Of a DNA stretch of 64,000 bases, positions 9,208-19,745 are shown piece after piece. Within the stretch, counting starts at the first letter, position 1. Every line of letters starts with the position of its first letter. Below the pieces are notes generated by a model. That model did not search any database. It saw only the letters and a program-made list of their open reading frames with translations, and was not told the DNA's origin. Where the stretch lies: contig JBBTVD010000006.1 of NCBI GenBank assembly GCA_038063415.1, positions 299,914 to 363,913 on the forward strand, given 5' to 3'. The DNA comes from Patescibacteria group bacterium (GTDB lineage Bacteria; Patescibacteriota; Microgenomatia; Levybacterales; UBA12049). The position numbers and the translations under genes were made by a program.

Positions 9208-10911
9208 ATGATAACGTTACCATATAAAAGGTCTTTCCTCTTTATCATTTTTTTAACAGTAATTGGAACCTTTCTTCACTTCTATAATCTCAATTGGGGA
9301 GCACCTTTTTACTTTCACCCGGATGAAAGGAATATCGCTTCAGCTGTCGCGCAACTTTCTTTCCCTGATCAGATGAATCCGAACTTTTTTGCCTATGGTT
9401 CATTACCTCTCTATGTTATTTACTTTACGGGCTATCTTTTACAGCTATTCATGCAGTTCTTTGACAAACAGATAACAACATATAACCCAACCTTTGAGCA
9501 GGCAGTTATTATTAGTCGATTCTACTCAGCAATGTTTGCGACCTTGTTAATCCCCATACTGTATTTAGTTGGTAAAAAGATGTCTTCTTCCCGTCATTCT
9601 GGGGAGCAAGGCGACGCCAGAATCTCTAACAAAGGTTTATTTAAACGATTCTGGACAAGCCAGAATGACGAAAATACAGGTCTCTTTACGGCATTCTTTG
9701 CGACGATGAGTGTGGGCTTTATCCAATTTGCTCATTTTGGTACGTTTGAAATGTGGTTGACTTTTTTTAGCATCCTTCTTTTTTGGCTGTGTTTACAGAA
9801 AGTCACCAGAAAAACGGTGCTGCTTGCGGGGATTATCTTTGGCACATTGATTGCCGTTAAAATTTCTTCACTTGTTCTTATCATCCTCCCATTGCTATGG
9901 ATTAGCATTGGGACGTACAAAAAAACGTCCCGGGTAAAATCACTGCTTCATATAATAAAAAGTTTGCTGTTACTGCTCATTATTGCGTTCTTGGTCTACG
10001 CAGTAAGTAATCCGTATATCTTTTTTGACACACCTGGCTTTCTTGGAAGTATGCGGTATGAATCGGGAGTAGGGCTGGGAACTACTGCAGTCTTTTATAC
10101 CCAAGCCTTTATGGGGACTATTCCCGTGCTCTTCCAATTCATCTCAGTATATCCTTTTTTGCTTAATCCCCTTGTGACGATTCTTTTTGTCCCAGTAGTA
10201 TTCTTTTTTACCTGGAAAACATTTCAGACAAAAAGGAATGCGCATATTATGCTCCTTTTATTTTTTATCATCCTTTTTGTTTCGCAAGCGTTTCTGTTTG
10301 TGAAATGGACACGATATATGGTTCCGACCTTACCATTTGTATATCTTATACTTAGCATTATTCTTCTGCCTTGGATGAAAAAATTAAAGTATTTTGTGGG
10401 AATAAGTATCATTGTTACGACAATACTTTTCACCCTTTCCTATTTTATCGTTGCTTATATCCAACAAGATACGCGTTTGCAAGCACAAAAATTTGTGGAA
10501 CAACATATCCCACAGGGAAGCCATATCCTGAGCGAAACCTATGATATTGGCATCCTCCCGATCCAATATAGCCAACCTCTCATGACACAGTATGATTTTT
10601 ATGAACTTGATAATAACTCATTTGAGTATACGCCGCAAACACTTACCGAGGCACTCGAATTAGCAGATTATATTGTTTTCCCTAGTCATCGAGTGATCCA
10701 GAGTCGTCTTTCCAATCCAAAAGTATTTCCTCATGGACATACGTTCTATACGAATGTACTCAATGAAACAGCTGGATTTACCAAAATATACGAGACACCT
10801 TGCGACCTTTTCTGCAAGATTACTTATCTGGGAAATCCGATACAAGCCTACGAACAGACGGCAAATGTATTTGATCGACCAACAGTTTTTATCTTTCAAA
10901 AAAGTTACTAA
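9208..10911 (+). CDS. GT-C (PMT/ArnT-like) membrane glycosyltransferase with an in-frame palindromic insert
   Basis: FHPDER motif, FAYGSLP, multiple TM helices. Confidence 0.85.
   Translation: MITLPYKRSFLFIIFLTVIGTFLHFYNLNWGAPFYFHPDERNIASAVAQLSFPDQMNPNFFAYGSLPLYVIYFTGYLLQLFMQFFDKQITTYNPTFEQAVIISRFYSAMFATLLIPILYLVGKKMSSSRHSGEQGDARISNKGLFKRFWTSQNDENTGLFTAFFATMSVGFIQFAHFGTFEMWLTFFSILLFWLCLQKVTRKTVLLAGIIFGTLIAVKISSLVLIILPLLWISIGTYKKTSRVKSLLHIIKSLLLLLIIAFLVYAVSNPYIFFDTPGFLGSMRYESGVGLGTTAVFYTQAFMGTIPVLFQFISVYPFLLNPLVTILFVPVVFFFTWKTFQTKRNAHIMLLLFFIILFVSQAFLFVKWTRYMVPTLPFVYLILSIILLPWMKKLKYFVGISIIVTTILFTLSYFIVAYIQQDTRLQAQKFVEQHIPQGSHILSETYDIGILPIQYSQPLMTQYDFYELDNNSFEYTPQTLTEALELADYIVFPSHRVIQSRLSNPKVFPHGHTFYTNVLNETAGFTKIYETPCDLFCKITYLGNPIQAYEQTANVFDRPTVFIFQKSY
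9592..9670 (+). repeat. CGTC-tagged palindromic element, subfamily A, in-frame
   Basis: CGTCATTCTGG..CCAGAATC-spacer-GATTCTGGACAAGCCAGAATGACG with a perfect 11-bp terminal IR; reads RHSGEQGDARISNKGLFKRFWTSQND. Confidence 0.92.
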
Positions 10912-12459
10912 CTATTCAACTGTTCCAAGAAGAAATGCTTTATCTTTTCCATTGGGGTAATAGATTGTTTGTCTGATATGAAATTTTTCTTTTAGACGAG
11001 GTGCCATTACCTCTTCAGGTCTGAGAATATACAGTGTTGTTGAGCTTTTTGTGACGGAAATCTTTCCTGTGACTATTTTGGTATATTCCCTTTTAGGATC
11101 ATAAAATTTTGTGTAAATGTGTGGACCGTAGGCAATCTGTGGGGTGATAACAAATCGATCATATTCGCCGTAGTGTTGTTGTACATAAGTAAAAATCTGG
11201 CGGTATCCATACTGCCATCCCCCATAGGTCGCAGCAACTGTCTGTTTTTCGTAGGCAAGCAAGATTTTTAATTCATGATACCCAAAGATCATAAAGAGCA
11301 CACAAAGCGTAATGGGCACAAAGAGATACAAACGTGATAAAAATCGTTTGGCATGTCCAAGACTACCTTCAATACCATAGGTTATAAAAATGAAAAAGAG
11401 GGGGAGAAGCGCTACTGAACGATAACTGTCAAATCCTCGAATGGTTAATGATGCAGGTATCATAGCAAGAAGCGCCGCAAACAAAATGAGTTGAGAGAAA
11501 AAATCTTTTTTTATTGTTCTATAGATAACTATTCCTATTCCGATAAACAAAAAAATGCCAAGATACCAAGGAATCAGACTTGTACCGATAATACTATGTG
11601 TATAGACAGCAAAGTCTGGCGGACGATATGTCGATCCAAAGTATGCTTGCATTGATAGATGACTAAACAGGTTAGTCATAAAGCATGATAGTACTTTTTC
11701 ACTACAAAAAAGCGGGAGCTCATTAGCTCGATAAAAAAACGATCCATCAAGGACATAAGGGATAGCAAGAAGAAATGTTGTGATAAAGAAACTCAGTAAG
11801 AAAAATAGTTGCGACAAGGGTAATTTTATTTTTTTGGCTGTCCATAAGGAGAGTGCCATCATACCAACCGCAAGTACTTTACCAGCAGCATACATATAAA
11901 AAAGTCCCCCAATAGAAATTCCAAGAAACATGAGTAAGAAAAATCTCTTTTGGAACTTTTTTTCATGAAGTCTCTCAACAAAAAAGAGTGATAAAGCAAA
12001 AAAAAGCGCAGTCATCATAAATTCCATGCCAATACGAGAAAGTAAAAATACCCAAGCAATGATAGGCCAGCATAAGGCAGCCAAACAGAAGCTCACAAAA
12101 GAGACTTTTTTTCTCAGTAAAAGATACAAAATACACAGCAATAAGATTGAAGCAATCACACTCGTCAATCGAACTGCAAATTCAGTCAGTCCAAACAGTA
12201 CAATAAACGGAATAACGAGGTAGGTATATTCATGATGATTTCTTGTTGGATCACCAGGGCCCACATAAAATAAACGAGGAAGGAAATCTCCGCTACTACT
12301 AAGCCCATTATTTGTGAGCAAGTGATACGCTTCATAGCCATAGGTAGATTCATCAATAAAGAAGCCAGGAGGATTCTCTGTCAAACGATAAGTAAAGATA
12401 ATAAAAGGAAGTAACAAAAGAACTATCACCAGGAGAATTTTCTTCCATGCTTTCTTCAT
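10912..12459 (-). CDS. GT-C (ArnT/PMT-like) glycosyltransferase
   Basis: PPGFFIDE motif, GLTEFAVRL, multiple TM helices; probable ATG at 12459. Confidence 0.8.
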   Translation of the reverse strand: MKKAWKKILLVIVLLLLPFIIFTYRLTENPPGFFIDESTYGYEAYHLLTNNGLSSSGDFLPRLFYVGPGDPTRNHHEYTYLVIPFIVLFGLTEFAVRLTSVIASILLLCILYLLLRKKVSFVSFCLAALCWPIIAWVFLLSRIGMEFMMTALFFALSLFFVERLHEKKFQKRFFLLMFLGISIGGLFYMYAAGKVLAVGMMALSLWTAKKIKLPLSQLFFLLSFFITTFLLAIPYVLDGSFFYRANELPLFCSEKVLSCFMTNLFSHLSMQAYFGSTYRPPDFAVYTHSIIGTSLIPWYLGIFLFIGIGIVIYRTIKKDFFSQLILFAALLAMIPASLTIRGFDSYRSVALLPLFFIFITYGIEGSLGHAKRFLSRLYLFVPITLCVLFMIFGYHELKILLAYEKQTVAATYGGWQYGYRQIFTYVQQHYGEYDRFVITPQIAYGPHIYTKFYDPKREYTKIVTGKISVTKSSTTLYILRPEEVMAPRLKEKFHIRQTIYYPNGKDKAFLLGTVE

Positions 12460-12525
12460 ATTTTTTAAGCATACCATAGATCTACTGCTTGTTTTGACAA
12501 AAAAAACCCTGCTACAATACAAACT

Positions 12526-14175
12526 ATGGGGGCATCCAAACAAAAACTACTGCTTATCGCAATCATCATCATTGCCTGCTTCTTCCGCTTTTATAATCTG
12601 AACTGGGATCAAGGATATCACCTGCATCCTGACGAACGATTTTTGACCATGGTTGGTAACTCCATGCAGATACCAAATTCCTTTACACACTACCTTGATG
12701 CTTCCACTTCTCCGATGAATCCTGTCAATATCGGTTATCCCTTTTATGTCTATGGAACCTCCCCACTTGTCCTGAACAAATTGATTGCTGTCGGACTCGG
12801 GACTGATACCTATGGGGATTTTACCATCCAAGGAAGATTTTTATCAGGATTCTTTGATATTCTGACCTTAGTTTTTCTTATTAAGCTGCTTGCACTGCTC
12901 TGCAAGAAAAGACATCTTCCAACAGCAATCGTACCACTGGGAGCATTTTTTTATGCAGTTTCGGTGCTTCCGATACAACTCTCCCATTATTTTGCGGTTG
13001 ATACATTCTTATCCTTTTTTGTCCTGACCAGCTTTTATACCCTACTGAAGTATTGCTATGAAGGGAAAGTACGTTTTCTGGTACTCAGTGGCCTTTTGAT
13101 AGGCTTTGCCGTGGCAGCAAAAGTAAGTGCTGTGTACATTCTTCCGCTCCATGCACTTATTCTGTTGTGGAGCCGCGGGATGTTGCATCAGAAATTCTTC
13201 TCCAAACAATTTCTTGGCCGAATGGCTCTTTTTGGCGTTTGTTTTTATGTAGCATTGCATCTCGCGGGCCCTTACTATTTTGCCGAAGGCGCCCTGATCA
13301 ATCCGATGCCAAATCCAACGTTTCTAGCCAATATCGCAACCCTTAAATCCTATGAATCAATTACCTTTCCGCCTTCCGTACAATGGTATAGTACTACCCC
13401 AATTATCTTCCCTCTTTATAATCTTGCTTTCTTTGGTGTGGGCGTTGGCTATTTTATATTACTTGTCGCAGGGATCTTCTTCCTCGTTAAAAAATATCGT
13501 TATCCTGAACTCATTATTTTGCTCATCTGGGCCGGACTCTTTTTCCTCTATCAATCAACGCAACTGGTTAAAACAATGCGCTACTTTATCTTCCTCTATC
13601 CGTTCTTTGCTTTTTTTGCCACGGTAGGATTTGTTTCCATTTTTGGAAAAACAAAAGTATGGATACAAGGCATTGTCATTGCTCTTGTTCTGATCTGGCC
13701 ACTCTCCTTTATGTCAATTTATGTGCAACCAATGACAAGAGTTGCAGCTACCAACTGGATTGGAGACAATATCCCCCAGGGGAGTCTTATGCTCAGTGAA
13801 CTCTGGGATGATGGTTTGCCACTACCCCTTCCCAATAAATATTATCCAGGGGAACAGTTACCGGTCTTTGATCTGGATACTCCTGAAAAATGGCAACGCA
13901 TGGATGGACTGCTTGAAAGAGGTGATTATCTCGTACTCTCATCAAATAGAGGTTGGGGGAGCATCCCCAAAGTACCAGATCATTATCCACAAATGAGTGT
14001 TTTTTATGCTGATCTTTTTGCCGGGAAACTCCCGTATAAAAAGATACAAGAGTTTACGTCCTATCCTTCACTAACCTACCTAGGTATCCCGTTGACCTTT
14101 CCTGACGGCAGTGCGGATGAAGCCTTTAGCGTCTATGATCATCCACAGGTGATGATTTTTCAGCATGTTCGTTAA
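12526..14175 (+). CDS. GT-C (PMT-like) glycosyltransferase
   Basis: HLHPDERFL, FYVYGT, ELWDDGLP, YDHP; paralog of the gene at 9208. Confidence 0.85.
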   Translation: MGASKQKLLLIAIIIIACFFRFYNLNWDQGYHLHPDERFLTMVGNSMQIPNSFTHYLDASTSPMNPVNIGYPFYVYGTSPLVLNKLIAVGLGTDTYGDFTIQGRFLSGFFDILTLVFLIKLLALLCKKRHLPTAIVPLGAFFYAVSVLPIQLSHYFAVDTFLSFFVLTSFYTLLKYCYEGKVRFLVLSGLLIGFAVAAKVSAVYILPLHALILLWSRGMLHQKFFSKQFLGRMALFGVCFYVALHLAGPYYFAEGALINPMPNPTFLANIATLKSYESITFPPSVQWYSTTPIIFPLYNLAFFGVGVGYFILLVAGIFFLVKKYRYPELIILLIWAGLFFLYQSTQLVKTMRYFIFLYPFFAFFATVGFVSIFGKTKVWIQGIVIALVLIWPLSFMSIYVQPMTRVAATNWIGDNIPQGSLMLSELWDDGLPLPLPNKYYPGEQLPVFDLDTPEKWQRMDGLLERGDYLVLSSNRGWGSIPKVPDHYPQMSVFYADLFAGKLPYKKIQEFTSYPSLTYLGIPLTFPDGSADEAFSVYDHPQVMIFQHVR

Positions 14176-14183
14176 TATTCCCT

Positions 14184-15368
14184 ATGCATAGATCTTTTAC
14201 GTTCTTTCTTATATTGGGTGTTGGACTAAGTATTCACATATTTTTTTATCTTTCCGCGTATGTAACCCACTCGCTTGATTATTTCTTCCCAGGAGGAACA
14301 ATTCATGCATATCAGGGCATTGATTTCTTCCAAGTCCCCAATGGCATGCATGCATTCTTGCATGGTGGAGCACTTACTGGAGAAGGTGCATTAACCTCGT
14401 ATGCTTATGGAAATACAAACGTGTACCACCCATTTTTTACCCAAGTGGTTGGTTATTTCTTCCAACTTTTTCCACCCCAGACAGCCTTTCTCTTGTGGGG
14501 GGCAATCAAATTTTTTATTACCATTGGCATGGCGATACTCTTGCTTCTCAAATATTGGACAAATAAAAGTCTTCCCTTTGCTTTGCTACTCTTTTTTATA
14601 TTCTTTCCGCAGTATCTTGAAATATGGAATGGACAATATCATTTTCTGCTTACCACCTCGCTATTTTTTGTTATCTATGCTTTTCTCAATAAACAATCTC
14701 CCTTTATCATTGGCATCTGGTACTGTATCAGTCTCCTTGTTAAACCAATTGGGTTATTATGGCTTCCTCTTTTTGCCATACGGAGACAATGGATAGTCCT
14801 CCTCACCGGTATGGGGCTTTTTGTTGCAGTGAGTCTTCCTTATCTATTCAATGGTCATGGGGCATATTATTTTGTAAATCTTTTTGAGCGGGTGAATAAT
14901 CCAATAGGGGGACCACCAGGTATCTTTACGCTTGATGCACTCCTTCGTTTTTGGCAGATGCCAACCGAGATGGTTTCAGCTTTGCGGTATACAACACTCG
15001 CATTGTTAGCTTTTATTGAAATCAAATTTCGCCCCAAACTGCTTGTTAGCTTTTTCCTTTGGACAACGTCCTATCTCTTATTTTATGATTTTGTCTTTGA
15101 ATATCATTACACCATTCTTATTCCGATTTTTGTCTTTGGGGTGATGACAGAGAAAATCTTTCAAAAAAATTTTTCCAAAATACTGATGATTATTACTTGT
15201 CTTCCTACACCATTTTTCCTTATGCATTTACTCCAAATAGAAACAACTGGGGCACTCGTAACTGATACAGGATGGACACTCCTTGTTCTCTTCCGAATTA
15301 TCCCACTGCTCTTGCTTGGTTATTTAATGATTGCAGATCTTATGCAGAAGAAACCGACTCACCAGTAA
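14184..15368 (+). CDS. Multi-TM glycosyltransferase (GT87/DUF2029-like)
   Basis: Loop DF, YHP, NGQ and VKP motifs; multiple TM helices. Confidence 0.65.
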   Translation: MHRSFTFFLILGVGLSIHIFFYLSAYVTHSLDYFFPGGTIHAYQGIDFFQVPNGMHAFLHGGALTGEGALTSYAYGNTNVYHPFFTQVVGYFFQLFPPQTAFLLWGAIKFFITIGMAILLLLKYWTNKSLPFALLLFFIFFPQYLEIWNGQYHFLLTTSLFFVIYAFLNKQSPFIIGIWYCISLLVKPIGLLWLPLFAIRRQWIVLLTGMGLFVAVSLPYLFNGHGAYYFVNLFERVNNPIGGPPGIFTLDALLRFWQMPTEMVSALRYTTLALLAFIEIKFRPKLLVSFFLWTTSYLLFYDFVFEYHYTILIPIFVFGVMTEKIFQKNFSKILMIITCLPTPFFLMHLLQIETTGALVTDTGWTLLVLFRIIPLLLLGYLMIADLMQKKPTHQ

Positions 15369-16488
15369 GTATCTCACGTAACACTTTGCCATTTACATCG
15401 TTATCAAGCACTTCTTTGGGGAGTTCTTTTCGTTTTTGAATCTCATTTCTTTTTTTGATAAACTCAATAACTTTTGCAGCCAAATCTTGATGATTTTCAG
15501 AGACAAAGAGATACCCAAAACCTGTCATTTTCACCAGATAGCGAAGCCCCCTGACATCCGTAACAATAGCTGGTGTACCGGCAAGCATTGCTTCTGCCTG
15601 AACAAGAGAAAAACAATCAAGACGTGAAGGAATAATAATTGCTTCTATAGTAGAATAAAAGGTTTGTAACTCTTCGGCATTAAGTAATCCAAGAAAAGTA
15701 ATGTGCTCTTTTACACCCGAAAATAATGTAGCATTCTTTCCAAAGAAGTCTTCATATGGCATATCTTTTTGTCCGGCAAAAACAAAATGTGCCTCTGGAT
15801 ATTTTTCTCTAATAAGTGGAATTGCTTTAAAAAGAATATCAAAGCCTTTCTCCTCAACAAACCTCCCGGCAAATCCAAACAGCAAAAGCTTTTTCTTTGC
15901 TAATGCTGCAAGCTTTGGGACTGGTTTACTTTTTGGAAGCGCTGCCATAGGTAAAATAACTGGGGTAAACTTTTTGAGAAATGGACTCAGGACATGAGAA
16001 CCTTTAGCATAATCCAAGGTGTAGGTACTTAATCTATCAGCGAGCGAAAAAGAAGCAAATGACGAAATGTCAAAAAGTTTCTCAACAATCTTATTGGTAA
16101 ATCCTTGTGGCAATAACAGGTCTGCATGATGAAAAATAACGAGTCGTTTGCCAAATAGTTTTGTCAGAAGAGCAAAAGGAATGCTATTACTACAGGGAGA
16201 ATTTAGGAGAATAATATCATTTTTTTGCAAAAGGGAAATGAGTTTGAAGATTGTCTGTACAGAGTATTTTACCCTACTCAAACGAAAGAGATAAGGCTCA
16301 CGAATAATACGGATGTTACCATGTTGCTCAACTCTCGCAAGATCTCTCTCATGTTGTACTGTCAAAAGAGTAACAGGATAAAACTTTTCTAAGTAACTTG
16401 CGATATTATCAATTGCTTTGGCAAAGCCTGTCCAATGAGGTGTGTAGAAATCAGTGAGGATGAGGATACGTTGCTGTTTTTTCGTCAT
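15340..16488 (-). CDS. GT4 glycosyltransferase
   Basis: FAGRFVEEKGFDIL, IIPSRLDCFSLVQAEAMLAGTP. Confidence 0.9.
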   Translation of the reverse strand: MTKKQQRILILTDFYTPHWTGFAKAIDNIASYLEKFYPVTLLTVQHERDLARVEQHGNIRIIREPYLFRLSRVKYSVQTIFKLISLLQKNDIILLNSPCSNSIPFALLTKLFGKRLVIFHHADLLLPQGFTNKIVEKLFDISSFASFSLADRLSTYTLDYAKGSHVLSPFLKKFTPVILPMAALPKSKPVPKLAALAKKKLLLFGFAGRFVEEKGFDILFKAIPLIREKYPEAHFVFAGQKDMPYEDFFGKNATLFSGVKEHITFLGLLNAEELQTFYSTIEAIIIPSRLDCFSLVQAEAMLAGTPAIVTDVRGLRYLVKMTGFGYLFVSENHQDLAAKVIEFIKKRNEIQKRKELPKEVLDNDVNGKVLREILTGESVSSA

Positions 16489-16547
16489 TTCAAACAAAAG
16501 CTTCTTTTGCTATTATAGAGTATAGTTAGAAAAAATGCTTTGTAATT

Positions 16548-17099
16548 ATGCGTATCGGTTTTGATCTCGACAATATTTTTATTGGTGGCCCACCTCTCAT
16601 CCCACATACTATCATTGAACGGATGTACAAAAAAAGAGATCATGGAGAACTCCTTTATCGTATTCCTTCATATCCTGACCAATTACTCAGGCAAATCATC
16701 CATCTACCAATGCTTCGTCCACCAATGAAAAAAAACTTGGTCTTTCTGGAAGCGTTGGCAAAAAAAAATAAAAACCTTTATCTTATTTCAAGCCGATATA
16801 AATTCCTTGAAAAAAGAACCGCAGCACTAGTTAAAAAACACAAACTTGACACACACTTCCACCAAATGTTTTTTAACTTTGCCAACGAGCAACCACATCT
16901 TTTCAAAAATGCTATACTAAAGGAACTAAAACTTGATAGTTATGTTGATGATGACCTTTCACTTCTCAAATATGTTGCAAAAGACAATCCAACAACAACC
17001 TTCTTCTGGCTCACAAGCGCCAACTACTCACAACCCTTGCCAAAAAATATTGTTCAGATTAGAGCGCTAACAGAAATAACAAAAGATAAAAAATTATGA
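16548..17099 (+). CDS. HAD-superfamily hydrolase
   Basis: IGFDLD motif I, ISSR, K..., YVDD motif IV. Confidence 0.75.
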   Translation: MRIGFDLDNIFIGGPPLIPHTIIERMYKKRDHGELLYRIPSYPDQLLRQIIHLPMLRPPMKKNLVFLEALAKKNKNLYLISSRYKFLEKRTAALVKKHKLDTHFHQMFFNFANEQPHLFKNAILKELKLDSYVDDDLSLLKYVAKDNPTTTFFWLTSANYSQPLPKNIVQIRALTEITKDKKL

Positions 17100-19270
17100 A
17101 TCCAGTAGATTTACAATCAGTTATACAATGGTGGTTTGTTCTTCTTGTTTTGGGAGCTGGTTTTTTACCATTAACAATACTTATTTTCAAAAACTTCTTT
17201 GATCGAGGGTATATTTTCTCAAAAATTATTGGTCTGGGAATACTTTCTTATGTCAGTTTTCTGATTGGTGTTTTTCATATTGCTCCTTTCCGTACTGAGA
17301 CAATTTTTATTCTGGGGATATTACTTATCGCAGGATTTTTTTTCATCACCAAAAAATATGTTTCTGTTTTAACCTTTATCAAGCAACATTGGGCAATAAT
17401 CCTATTTGAGGAAGCCCTCTTCTTCACGACACTTCTTGCATGGGCCTATATCCATGCATTCGCACCAGATGTGCATGGCCTTGAAAAATACATGGACTAC
17501 GGATTTATCAATTCAATCCTACGTTCTGACTACTTCCCACCAAAGGATATGTGGTTTGCCCCTCACGTTATTAACTACTACTACTTTGGACATTTGATGA
17601 CTGCCCTTCTGACCAAAATCTCCTTTATTCCCTCCAATATTACTTTTAACTTGATGCTTTCAACAATTTTTGCCTTATGCTTTACGCAAACTTTTTCAAT
17701 AGGCGCCAATTTATTTGTACTCATGAAACAACATACCATGCCAGGAAGAATTAAAAGAGTTATTGCTGGCATTATGACAGCAGGAGTGGTCGCTCTCGGA
17801 GGAAATCTTCATATTCTGTATGCTTTTTTTAAGCCTTATCAAACAGATAATCCCCAGCCTTTTTGGACTTTACCATTTTTCCCGTTGGACTTTCCTAATG
17901 GGTATTGGTATCCCAATGCGACGCGTTATATTTTCAACACGATCCATGAATTTCCTATTTATTCCTGGGTTGTCGCAGATCTGCATGGGCATGTCCTTGA
18001 TATCCCTCTCGTGCTTTTTATTATCGCGCTCCTGCTTGCGCTCTTCCATCAGGAACACCAAACAGAAGCAACCATCCAGGTCAAAAAGAAAAGCTATCTT
18101 ACCTACTTTAGCGTGCACCCACTCTGGTCGATCGGTATTGGATTAACACTAGCTCTGATGTATATGACCAATGCCTGGGACGGAGCGATTTACCTTCTTC
18201 TGACTATTCTTGTCTTATTTAGTCTCTATAATGCTCTTCCCAAACATAAGATCCATACCTTTATTCTTTCCTTCGCGTTAGTTTTTCTTAGCTTTATTCT
18301 TTTTGCCCTCCCGTACAACAGTTACTTTACCCCATCTGCGGTATCTGGTATTGGTGTCCTTTGTGCACCCCAAGCACTTATCGATATGGGCAAATTTGGC
18401 CCGTTTTTGTTTGAAAAAGATCACTGCCAACATTCCTATTGGTGGGAACTGCTGACACTCTATGGATTCTTCTATTTCTTTATTATTTGTTTCCTGGTCT
18501 TTGCTGTACGAGCAAAGAAACTGCTGGAGACTGATCTCTTTGTTTTATTGCTCATCACTCTTGGAACGATCCTTATTATTATCCCTGAATTCGTCTATCT
18601 CAAGGACATTTACCCTGCACATTATCGAGCCAATACCATGTTTAAGCTTGTCTTCCAGGCATTTATGATATTGGGGATTAGCAGCATGTATATTCTGTTC
18701 CGACTAGGTGATAGAAAACCCCCTGCGATCCGTGCAATTTTCCGTTATCCGTTTCTTTTCGTCAGCGTTGTGCTGCTTGTTGCTGTGATGCAATATCCCA
18801 AGATCGCTATCAATTCATACTATGGCGATCTGAAAGACTATAAGGGCCTTGATGGAACTGTGTATCTCAAGACGCTTTATCCAACAGACTATGATGCCAT
18901 TCTGTGGATGAACAAAAATATCAAAGGACAGCCCGTCATCCTTGAGGCACAAGGGGATTCGTACACAGACTTCGCCCGTGTATCAGCCAATACTGGTCTC
19001 CCAACGGTTCTTGGTTGGACAGTACACGAATGGCTCTGGCGCGGTTCCTACGACGTCCCAGCACCGAGAATCGATGAGATTAAGACGATGTACGAGACAC
19101 AGGATCTAGCCAAGACGAAAGAGCTTTTGGATAAATATAACGTCGAGTATGTCTTTATCGGATCAATGGAATATCAAAAGCATCCAGAACTAGTTGAGTC
19201 AAAGTTTGATCAACTGGGAGATATGGTATTTGAGAAGGGGACGACGAAGATCTACCGCATTTACAAATAG
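17096..19270 (+). CDS. DUF2298 / YYY-domain membrane protein, probable GT-C
   Basis: EKYMDYGF, INYYYFGH, EFPIYS..ADLHGH, NTMFK, GW..HE.LWR. Confidence 0.88.
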   Translation: MNPVDLQSVIQWWFVLLVLGAGFLPLTILIFKNFFDRGYIFSKIIGLGILSYVSFLIGVFHIAPFRTETIFILGILLIAGFFFITKKYVSVLTFIKQHWAIILFEEALFFTTLLAWAYIHAFAPDVHGLEKYMDYGFINSILRSDYFPPKDMWFAPHVINYYYFGHLMTALLTKISFIPSNITFNLMLSTIFALCFTQTFSIGANLFVLMKQHTMPGRIKRVIAGIMTAGVVALGGNLHILYAFFKPYQTDNPQPFWTLPFFPLDFPNGYWYPNATRYIFNTIHEFPIYSWVVADLHGHVLDIPLVLFIIALLLALFHQEHQTEATIQVKKKSYLTYFSVHPLWSIGIGLTLALMYMTNAWDGAIYLLLTILVLFSLYNALPKHKIHTFILSFALVFLSFILFALPYNSYFTPSAVSGIGVLCAPQALIDMGKFGPFLFEKDHCQHSYWWELLTLYGFFYFFIICFLVFAVRAKKLLETDLFVLLLITLGTILIIIPEFVYLKDIYPAHYRANTMFKLVFQAFMILGISSMYILFRLGDRKPPAIRAIFRYPFLFVSVVLLVAVMQYPKIAINSYYGDLKDYKGLDGTVYLKTLYPTDYDAILWMNKNIKGQPVILEAQGDSYTDFARVSANTGLPTVLGWTVHEWLWRGSYDVPAPRIDEIKTMYETQDLAKTKELLDKYNVEYVFIGSMEYQKHPELVESKFDQLGDMVFEKGTTKIYRIYK

Positions 19271-19295
19271 TCTTGTCTTTGGTAAAATCCTTTTT

Positions 19296-19730
19296 ATGAG
19301 AAGAGGCGCTGAAGGAGAAAAACCACACAAACGTATACGAAAAATTGTACCCCCCTTAGCTTTTGCTACGGTAGTTAGTTTGGCTGGATGTGCAAATAAT
19401 GGAGAAGCGGTCCCGATCCAATCATACCCCAGTTTACGACTGACAGACAAAATAAATGGAACATACGATTTCTCATTAGAACAACGTGATGAATATCGCA
19501 TCGCCATAGTAGGGCATGATAGGGATGGAATAGATCTTCAAGAGCTTGAAGTAGCAGCTGGTACATTAGGACAACTTGATTGTGAAATTGACCCTAACAG
19601 ACCAGCTGAAGAGAGACGCGATGATCGACCAAATCCTGCAGAAGTAACAGTGTTTTCCCTTAATGGAGATTGTGTTACAAGAGCAGTGGATGCATTAGAG
19701 GAGATAGAACCACCTTTACCTACTGCATAA
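19296..19730 (+). CDS. Hypothetical exported protein with a lipobox-like LAGC
   Basis: Basic N-terminus, hydrophobic stretch, LAG-C. Confidence 0.55.
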   Translation: MRRGAEGEKPHKRIRKIVPPLAFATVVSLAGCANNGEAVPIQSYPSLRLTDKINGTYDFSLEQRDEYRIAIVGHDRDGIDLQELEVAAGTLGQLDCEIDPNRPAEERRDDRPNPAEVTVFSLNGDCVTRAVDALEEIEPPLPTA

Positions 19731-19745
19731 TTAAGGCAGTTTAAA

